DNA from: Octopus sinensis
Lineage: Eukaryota
Direction: 5' to 3'
Assembly: GCF_006345805.1 (NCBI RefSeq)
Contig: NC_043009.1
Coordinates: 34,720,001 to 34,784,000 of the forward strand
Length of the DNA: 64,000 nt
Part shown: piece after piece, positions 55,656-64,000 of the stretch
How positions within the stretch are numbered: the stretch's first letter is position 1
Layout: the number at the start of each line of letters is the position of its first letter
The notes under the pieces: generated by a model
Told to the model about the DNA's origin: nothing
What the model saw: only the letters and a program-made list of their open reading frames with translations
Database searches by the model: none
Translations under genes and position numbers: made by a program

Positions 55656-56092
55656 TATTTAATCAAGAAAGGGAAATACATCACTCATATTTAACTATGT
55701 TACTATCATAAATATTTCAACCTACTCTTCAATCATTGTGATTATTTGTCTACATTAAGATTCTGAACTTTTTCATGTTTCTACATTCAAGCCCTTGCTC
55801 TGTTTCAAGCCAGCAATATTGCTAATTAATACAAGAACGCCGTATTTGTTAGTCTTCTTGTTTATAGGTAGTTTGATAACAGAAAATGACTTAAAGGCAG
55901 ACTCCATACAAATTCAAACAACTTTCTGTCTACACTGGTTTTGATTAACATATACTTTGAAAGGCGTATATGTTGATTATATCAATCGACACACGCACGC
56001 AAGCACGCACACACACACACATCACCTCAGACTGAATTCGTATGCCAGTACATTTATACATATTTATAATATTTCCACACTCTCTCTGCCTC

Positions 56093-56129
<37 letters not shown>

Positions 56130-56131
56130 GG

Positions 56132-56168
<37 letters not shown>

Positions 56169-56456
56169 ACTATGTATGTATATATAGTCAATTCGAGGAT
56201 GCCAGGTCCTCATTCGGAATTAAATAATCTAAACATTTCACTGGTTAATCCGTAACATATAAGGAGAAAGTCTTGACTATACGTTAAAGATTATTATAGT
56301 AATCCATATTGTTAATAATGAAATAAAGAAAATGGAGAATTATGGATGTATGAATAATTTATTTGTATGATAAAATGCGGTTGAAAATTTTTTAAATAAG
56401 AACAAAACAAATAAATTATAAATCATAAAACTCTAAAAGTAATGGCAGATGCAAAA

Positions 56457-56561
56457 GACCTACATATATGTTTCGATTCATACCCAAGGGTGATTCGTAA
56501 TTTTAAGTATTTGGGTAACGTTATCATTATCAACTATATAGGGCAGAATCTCATCACGGAT
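56457..56561 (-). ncRNA. Degenerate hammerhead-like motif
   Basis: GTGATGA (C3G), stem II GATTC/GAATC with long loop, GAA, 10-nt palindrome ACATATATGT, A17. Stem I only 2 bp. Confidence 0.35.
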
Positions 56562-57168
56562 TTATGAGCTTATACTACAAATGTTAACATATTTCCTGAA
56601 AGGATGCAGACAAATTACTTATAAGTTTAAGAAGTTAGATCATATATATTATGTGTATGTATTTAGCTAGGGAATTAAAGATGTAAGTAAAAGTAAAATA
56701 AATTAAAAATAACATACAAAAAGGGAAAAGAAGATATAAGATAAAAAGTAAAGAAAAATATAAATGTATGCAAATAGTATATAAATTTAAATAAAAGGGA
56801 AGTGACAATACTTAAATATGCAAGGGAAGAATCATATGATAAAATAAATGAAGGATAAGTTAGATAGTAAAAAATATTAGTCAACCGTTGTAGGTGAATT
56901 ATTTTAATTGGTTTCATAATAGATACAGTTCGAGAAATCAGTGGATACCTAGCGTTCACATCATATTGTGTCATATTTAAAATCAAGTAGAGACAAAAGT
57001 TTGAAAAATCTGACGGCTAAGATATGTATCTTGAAAGCTTTACATGTAAACCCATACTCGTCAATATATAAAACATTTATATTCTTAGTTATGTCGTTAT
57101 ACATTCGTGTATATATATACTTCAATATATATGCATGCGTATTCACACATATACACACATATGCGTAT

Positions 57169-57206
<38 letters not shown>

Positions 57207-57661
57207 ACATATATATATTCACACTCAAAATATATGTATTTATTAAATTCATTTTCGTTTATTTATTATCAGAGAGGTTAAGTTGTTAGAGCTATGTTAT
57301 AAGAAATTTAATAAAAAGAATTGATCAGTTCAGATGTCAAATAAAAAGAAAAGTTGAACGAGGAAGTAAAGAGATAATGAATAAAATATAACATAATGAA
57401 ATAAAATGTAATAGATATTGGAGCTTATATTGCGTATTTGTTATGATGTAGCATAATTTGTTTGTAATTATTAATGGTTGATATATACAAGTACACCCGC
57501 ACGGAAAAACCGACTTTGAAAAAAAAAAAATTCATTAAATTCCTATGTTTTCGATGGCGGAGATTCCGAATATGCCAAAAAAACCATGTTTCATAATTTT
57601 AAATTCCCCCCTCTTAAATTTTAGCTGTTTTTCGAATTTTTTTCGAATATATATATATATT

Positions 57662-57834
57662 CGAGTGGCTGTGTGGTAAGTAGCTTGCTAACCAACCACA
57701 TGGTTCCGGGTTCAGTCCCACTGCGTGGCACCTTGGGCAAGTGTCTTCTGCTATAGCCCCGGGCCGACCAATGCCTTGTGAGTGGATTTGGTAGACGGAA
57801 ACTGAAAGAAGCCTGTCGTATATATGTATATATA

Positions 57835-57872
<38 letters not shown>

Positions 57873-58029
57873 TGTTTGTCCCCCTAGCATTGCTTGACAA
57901 CCGATGCTGGTGTGCTTATGTCCCCGTTACTTGGCGGTTCGGCAAAAGAGACCGATAGAATAAGTACTAAAGGCGGTGCCCCAGCATGGCCGCAGTCAAA
58001 TGACTGAAACAAATAAAAGAGTAAAAGAG

Positions 58030-58030
<1 letters not shown>
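57662..58030 (+). mobile_element. SINE family A copy
   Basis: Near-identical head and core to 4790-4945. Confidence 0.85.
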
Positions 58031-58060
<30 letters not shown>

Positions 58061-59400
58061 TATATCGTGGTCATTTGTAGTGTATGGTTTAGGGATTTAC
58101 ATTCTTTTTCCTAGAACCAAAGTTAAGCAATATTTTGCTCCAGACGACTTGGTATGTATCCCGTTGTTCCCATAATAATTGATGTAGAGGCACATAACCT
58201 AGTGGTTAGAGCAGCGGACTCGCGGTCGAGGGATCGAATCTCAGACCGGGCGATGCTTGTGTTTATGAGCGAAATACCTAAGCTCCACCCAGCTCCGGCA
58301 GAAGGTAATGGCAAACTTCTGCCGACTCTTTCGCCACAACTTTCTTTCACTCTTTCCTCCAGTATCTTGCCGCTCACTTGCAACGGACCGGCGTCCCGTC
58401 CAGGTCGGGAACCTATACGCCAAGGAAACCGGAAAACCGACCCTTATGAGCCGGGCATGGCTCGAGAAGGAACAAGCAAACATAATAATTGATATGAAGC
58501 TGAAATGCATCTTGGGTGCTGGATTTGCAAACTCCTTATCGATGGTCCATTGATGTCCTCTTTTTCTTGTATTTTTCTAACCATATTGGTATTCTGAGAG
58601 CAGCTAATTTCCACAACAGAACATATTCTCTTGTAGTTGCACCTAACAATATCTGGCTGATTGAATGGCTGTTTAATTTTTAAGTTCCACATATATCGTC
58701 TTGGCCCATTCGTTTCAATATAGTCAGCTTCGTCTGTAGGTGTTTTCTCTCTTGTTATTCTGCTTCAGATTGTTCTAGTCACTGCATCATACCTCATGAG
58801 AAGATAATATCTGGAAGATAATCTTTTACTGTTGGCAGTAATATGTTTGACATCTTCAGTCTTGGTCTGTCAATGTTTTCTGCTTTTTGTGTATACCATT
58901 CCAAGCATCTCATATGACCATTTGTGTGTATTTGCTTGTGTTTTTCGTACCAAGTACCGACGTACTATCTTTTTTGTTAACTTCATGGTCACAAACATGG
59001 GTAAGATAGTTACTGGTCTCTTCCCTCTACTGCAGATGTTGTTTCCGTGTCGTAATACGTGCTTCATACGACATCAATACAGATTTGACACGGCCACCGT
59101 CCTTGCGTGCGAAGTAAAGTGTCTACATCTTCATTCATGTTGAGGTTACATGTAACAATGAACGGCTCGCGAATTCTAACATTTATCACGTGAGGATAGA
59201 CACTGCAGGAGTATTGTGGGCAATATGCAGTTGCAAACTGAGAGTTCTGATGACAAATATTCTCTTTCCTCTCCCGATCCTCTCCTTACTTATGGACCCA
59301 TCACATCTGACATTCTCAGCAGCCTGTTCAAGACACCCATAATTGTCACCTGAATGTAGAAGATGCACCATCAAGCCGTTCATTTTTAGATTTTCAGAGG
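58030..59400 (-). mobile_element. Decayed RLE LINE, interrupted by a SINE
   Basis: DTLYFARKDGGR, NQPDIV...VVEISC, and PKMHFSFISIIMGTTGYIP once the SINE is removed. Confidence 0.65.
58184..58480 (+). mobile_element. tRNA-derived SINE family D with 13-bp TSD
   Basis: Head ...TAGTGGTTAGAGCAGCGGACT...TCGAATCTC. TSD CATAATAATTGAT at 58171-58183 and 58481-58493. Confidence 0.85.
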
Positions 59401-59919
59401 AGAGCACAACATTCTCACGTTGTTTGTTGTCAAAAATGCACCTTTGCGCTCACCAAATTTCATTCCAATGTTTTCAGAAAATTGGGTAATGAGGTTCAAC
59501 TGTTTATTTTGGTTTGTTTACATCCCCGTAACTTAGCGGTTGGGTATTGAGAGAGCGATTGAATAAGTACCAGACTTTAAAAAAATGTACTAGGGCCAAT
59601 TTGCTCGACTAAATCCTTTAATGCGGTGCACCGGCATTCTCGCAGTCTAATGAATAGAACAAGTAAAAGAAGGAAGATAACACACGAATAGGGAAAAAGA
59701 TTTAGAGCAAAGTGGACAAGGCCAGCGAACATTAAATTTGTTTGTAAAGTACGTGAGTTTAAAATGAACCATTTACACTTACATCATCAGGTAAGCAAGC
59801 TTCTGTGTTCCCTTGAAGTTTTAACGCCTTAAAATCCTATCTGCTGTATTAATGTGTCATATTCTGTAAGTTGGTTTTGTCGCTTTCTTTAAATATTTTT
59901 GCTTTTGTTTTTCTCATAG

Positions 59920-59987
59920 AAAAAGTCACAACAGTGAATGTACAACTTTATATTAACAGCTTCGATTCCATAAACGAACAAACAATG
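59920..59987 (+). CDS. Cys-loop receptor exon (beta1-beta2): (E)KVTTVNVQLYINSFDSINEQTM
   Basis: Acceptor ttctcatAG, donor GTAAGA. 68 bp, phase 1 to 0, matching the 68-bp exon of GABA-A/GlyR genes. Aligns with GlyR '[21 protein letters not shown]'. Confidence 0.92.
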
Positions 59988-60084
59988 GTAAGAGATTTTA
60001 GTTACAATATTCATTTTCTAACAATGTCCTTTACTTGTGTATGGAGAGGGAGTAGAGTAATTTAAGTCGATGTCATTACGGCGT

Positions 60085-60315
60085 TCGTGGCAGAATCGTT
60101 AGCACGCCGGGTAAAATGCTCAGCGGTATTTCGTCTGCCGCTACGTTCTGAGTTCAAATTCCGCCGAGGTCGACTTTGCCTTTCACCCTTTCGGGGTCGA
60201 TTAAATAAGTACCAGTTACGCACTGGAGTCGATGTAATCTACTTAATCCGTTTGTCTGTCCTTGTTTGTCCTCTCTGTGTTTAGCCCCTTGTGGGTAGTA
60301 AAAAATAGGTATTTA
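60085..60315 (+). mobile_element. SINE family B, near full length
   Basis: A-box-like TGGCAGAATCG, B box GAGTTCAAATTCC. Confidence 0.85.
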
Positions 60316-60496
60316 AATTGTTGGACCCGGAATGTTGATAACCACGATAAAGTCAAAACTGGAAGTTTTTAAATTCAGAACGAAGAAGGAATTAACAAAG
60401 TAGTATAAAACATCTTTTCCGACGCTCTAAAAAATCTGCCAAAATGCACCACATTTTCTAACAATAGTCGTTCCTGTTAAAGAAAAAATGCTTGAA

Positions 60497-60754
60497 CATT
60501 ATTTACATTATTTACATTTGACGGATATTTGTCCTCATCTTGTTTGTTGTTAACACAACGTTTCGGCTGATATACACTCCAGCCTTCATCAGATGTCTTG
60601 AGGAAATTTCGAACCTGGGTTTGCATTCCTAAGGTATTTTTCGATGTTATTATTATTATTATTATTATTATTCACGTCACTGCCTGGAATCGAACTCAGA
60701 TTCTTGGGGTTGGTAGCCCGCGCTCTTAACCACTACGTCATATGCCCGTGGGCA
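60497..60754 (-). mobile_element. Composite element: tRNA-like head + (AAT)n + hammerhead-bearing tail
   Basis: A box TGACGTAGTGG (60729-40), B box GAGTTCGATTCC (60686-97), hammerhead 60552-97, (AATGTAAAT)n tail. Confidence 0.7.
60552..60597 (-). ncRNA. Minimal type I hammerhead ribozyme motif, intact core
   Basis: Stem I GACAT/GTGTT, CTGATGA, extra A, stem II GGCTG/CAGCC, GAA, palindrome ACGT, U17. Confidence 0.75.
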
Positions 60755-60789
60755 ATAATGCTTGAAATTTTGAGTGTAGGGCGTTACTC

Positions 60790-61225
60790 GATACCGTCGA
60801 CTCTTTTACTTGAATGGTACTTTATTTTATCGATCCTGAGGCACAAAGCCTGAAATTTGGTGAAGGAATATAGTCGATTACATTGCAGTAGTACCTAATT
60901 TATTGATTCCGAAAGGATGAAAGGCAAAGTCGACCTTGGCGGAATATGAACTTAGAACGTAACGACTGACGAAATACCGCTAAGCATTTCACCCGGTGTG
61001 CTAACGATTCTGTCAGCTCGCCGTCTTAATAATAATAATAATAATGATAATAATAATAACAATAATAATAATAATAATAATAATTTCTACTGAATGCACA
61101 AGTCCTGAAATTTGTGGGAAGGGACAAATTAATTGCATCAATCCCAGTGTTTCACTGGTACTTAATTTATCGACCTCGAAGGGATGAAAGGCAAAGTCAA
61201 CCTCGGTGGAATTTGAACTCAGTAT
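60790..61225 (-). mobile_element. Two SINE family B copies separated by (AAT)n
   Basis: GGATGAAAGGCAAAGTC.ACC..GG.GGAAT.TGAAC blocks. Confidence 0.75.
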
Positions 61226-61239
61226 ATAAACACGCCTCC

Positions 61240-61361
61240 ATCCATCCATCCATCCATCCATCCATCCATCCATCCATCCATACGTCCGTCCGTCTGTCAG
61301 TTCGTCCGTTTGTCTGTCCATCCGTCCGTCCGTCCGTCCGTCCGTCCATCTGTTTGTCTGT

Positions 61362-61421
<60 letters not shown>

Positions 61422-61436
61422 ATTTTCTATCTATCT
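61240..61436. repeat. (CCAT)n/(CCGT)n/(CTAT)n microsatellite abutting a splice acceptor
   Basis: Seen directly. Confidence 0.95.
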
Positions 61437-61440
61437 GCAG

Positions 61441-61667
61441 GATTATTCAATAAGCACATTTATCACACAAGAGTGGACAGATGAAAGACTAAAGTTTTTC
61501 GGATTGATCGAAGCGAAATACTTTGAATTAGACGTAAAATTGATCGAGAAAATCTGGGTTCCCGATCTTTACTTCCCAAACGAAAAGAAAGCCCATTTCC
61601 ATGAAGTAACAGTGCCTAATCGAATGTTACATATATATGACGACGGATCGATAACTTATAGAGCAAG
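61441..61667 (+). CDS. Cys-loop receptor exon (loops D, A, E): DYSISTFITQEWTDERLKF...IWVPDLYFPNEKKAHFHEVTVPNRMLHIYDDGSITYRA(R)
   Basis: ctgcAG acceptor, AG|GTATGT donor. 227 bp, phase 0 to 2. W-x-D-x-RL, W-x-PD-x-x-F-x-NEK and G-x-x-x-Y motifs of the ligand-binding domain. In frame with the 68-bp exon. Confidence 0.95.
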
Positions 61668-61688
61668 GTATGTAACTGAAAATGAATA

Positions 61689-61899
61689 CAGTAATCCCTC
61701 GACTACCGCGGGTGTTACGTTCCAAAACCCCCGCGATAGATCAAAATCCGCGAAGTGGAAGCAGTAATGTACTGTATATATTTTTAAAAATCATTTTTAT
61801 AATTTGTATATATTTATTTTATTATAAATGCCGAGGAATCGAAATAGGCTTAAATAATAAACCACGATAGGTGAACCGCGATATGGCGAGGGAATACTG
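61689..61899. mobile_element. Tigger-like MITE
   Basis: TA TSD (61687-88, 61900-01). TIRs CAGTAATCCCTCG / CAGTATTCCCTCG. Confidence 0.85.
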
Positions 61900-62497
61900 T
61901 AGTCTCACTAAAAGAATAAATAATTAGGTAAACAAAAAGTAAAATCTTGCAGAATAATATTATACTGTTGTTTACCTCAATTATGTAATTTCATAATATT
62001 TTGTATGTGTGTAATGTAATATCATGACAATTTGTATGTACATATGTATAGTTATTTAGTTAAAAGTGAAGAAACTATAGGACAGATCTATTTACCATGA
62101 CGTAAATGAATATTGCATGTACTTCTTTTGTAGCATTATTATACGTGAATAGATACATCACAATATATAGAAATAACTAGATTGAAATGGACAAACCCCA
62201 TAACAATATTTTTCTTTTGTGGAATATAAACTCCAAATTCTGAATGAACAGATATAGATTTGGGAAAAAATATGTGATTTATATATGAGCATATTTGGAG
62301 GTTTATTAGTTGAGTAGCATGGAAAGATACACAGTAACTAGAGTAAAACGCGTGAGTGTATGATTAGATAGGCACTTGTATATTCGTATGTATGTACACT
62401 AGTGTTCAAATAAAGGAATGTGTTTATGCATAAGGATGCGTGCGAGTAATTCTTGGTTTGGCCCAACGGTAAGAAGTGAATAGCGTCGTCAATAGTA

Positions 62498-62850
62498 ATG
62501 TATGTATGTATGTATGTATGTATGTATGTATGTATGTATGTATGTATGCATGTATGTATGTATGTATGTATATATGTATGTATGCATGCATGTATGTATG
62601 TATGCATGTATGTATGTATGCATGTATGTATGTATGTATGTATGTATATGTATGTATGCATGTATGTATGTTTGCATGCATGTATGTATGTATGTATGTA
62701 TGTATGTATGTATGCATGTATGTATGTATGCATGTATGCATGTATGTATGTATGCATGTATGTATGTATGTATGTATGTATGTATGTATGTATGTATGTA
62801 TGTATGTATTTATGTATGTATGTATGTATGTATGTATGTATGTATGTATG
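62498..62850. repeat. (ATGT/ATGC)n microsatellite
   Basis: Seen directly. Source of several spurious ORFs. Confidence 0.97.
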
Positions 62851-63224
62851 TGCGTGTGTGCCTTGTAGTTCGCTTGAAGCAAAGCACTATATAAGTGAAT
62901 ATATATGTATTCATAAGGGCGCGTGCAAGTAAATCTTCTTAGTTTAATAGCCTTTCTTTAATGACTTGAAAAGCAACTATGACAAGGCCCAGTGACAGTA
63001 AGAGTATACAGCCAAAATTAAGCTTGTAAACAGAAAGATTTTGGTCTCCTGACGTACTAACGAACTGCTGAATTTCCTTTGAAGTGGAACGGCAACAGAT
63101 ACAAGAGAATAGTAATTTTTGAAGCCTATTTACGTCATTATTATCATATAATTCTCGTTTATTTTCGTAAAAGTCGAAACAAGTCTGTGGTTAAGAATGA
63201 AGTGTATAAGAGGCTTATCTTTTA

Positions 63225-63560
63225 TCTGTTTCATGATTGCAGCCATGCTGGGGCATCGCCTCGAAGAACTGTTAGCCGAATGAATCGACACCAGTACAAT
63301 TTTTTTAAAGTTAAGGGAACGTAAACAAACCAATACCGGTTTCGAGCGGGGGTAGGGGCCAAAGACAGACACAGAGACACGCACGCAGATACCAAAACAC
63401 ATATATACATACACAACAGCTTTCTTCCAGTTTCCATCTACCAAATCCACTCACAAGGCTTAGGTCTGCCCGAGGCTACAATGGAAAGTACTTGCCCAAG
63501 GTGTCGCGCAGTGGGACTGAACATGGAACCATGTGGTTTGGAAGCAAGCTTCTTACCAAT
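63225..63560 (-). mobile_element. Diverged SINE family A copy
   Basis: CAGTTTCCATCTACCAAATCCACTCACAAGGCT...GCAGTGGGACTGAAC. Confidence 0.72.
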
Positions 63561-63864
63561 ATTTATTCTTAAAATCTTAATTAGTTTATTTTTGGTATTT
63601 TTTCATTTGTATCGCTTTGTATTTTCACGCTGTTCTTTGTCAATGGAACGCAAAAAATAGCATAAGGGTATAAAACAACGAGAAACGAAAAGGTGAACAT
63701 TCTGTGCTCTTCCCCCTACTCACCTGAAGACATGCAGGTACACAGCTATTGCTTGATAATGTTAATGTAATACTCGTGTAAAATTCACCAATCAGCAGCT
63801 GGTGCTGATGCGCCGAAGCAGTTGTGGTGATTTGGAATAAAGCCAGTTCATTCCATCTTCTCAT

Positions 63865-64000
63865 ATTGATTTCAAATTTCGAATTTTGGCACAAAACCTG
63901 CAATTTCGTAGGAGGGGCTAACTTGATTACATCGACCCCGGTGTTCAAATGGTATTTATTTATCGACCTGGAAATGACAAAATGCAAGGCCGACCTCTGG
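63865..64000 (-). mobile_element. SINE family B copy (runs off the window)
   Basis: GATTACATCGACCCC...TTTATCGACC homology. Confidence 0.6.

Noticed and set aside
60675-60746. tRNA gene
   Set aside because: A and B boxes are present but I could not fold a clean acceptor stem, and it runs into a repeat body. Treated as a SINE head.
61114-61767. 217-aa ORF as a single coding unit
   Set aside because: Only 61441-61667 is exon. The rest is SINE, microsatellite and MITE read-through.
62338-62932. Long ORFs (MYVC/HTYI repeats) here and at other microsatellites
   Set aside because: Translations of simple repeats with no coding signal.
63330-63365. GAA-ACCGGT-A palindrome on the minus strand
   Set aside because: No CUGANGA core. 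It is a mutated segment of SINE family A.
61900-64000. Next receptor exon containing the Cys-loop
   Set aside because: No C-x13-C or FP-x-D motif with splice sites found. It probably lies beyond the window.

Overview
AT-rich, microsatellite-saturated animal genomic DNA. The repeat families resemble those I recall from Octopus genomes, so the species is an inference. The only host gene I can support is the 5' part of an anion-channel-type (GlyR/GABA/GluCl-like) Cys-loop receptor on the + strand: three in-frame exons at 53547-53611, 59920-59987 and 61441-61667. Its first exon and its Cys-loop/TM exons were not found in the window. The rest is mostly repeats: RLE non-LTR retrotransposon fragments (R4/Dong-like) nested in (TAA)n, Penelope-like elements, L1/Tx1, CR1/L2-like and Gypsy remnants, Tc1/mariner and Tigger elements, non-autonomous Helitrons and several tRNA-derived SINE families. 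The main unexpected signal, read by eye, is about nine minimal type I hammerhead ribozyme motifs from unrelated repeat families, most with a palindromic or near-palindromic stem III (dimer type). They include a U3:A8 covariant inside a 52-bp hairpin, a head-to-head pair, and one fused to a tRNA-derived SINE head. The receptor also lacks the canonical loop D arginine and carries an Arg in loop E. Nearly all ORFs in the supplied track are microsatellite or TE artefacts. Repeat boundaries are approximate.
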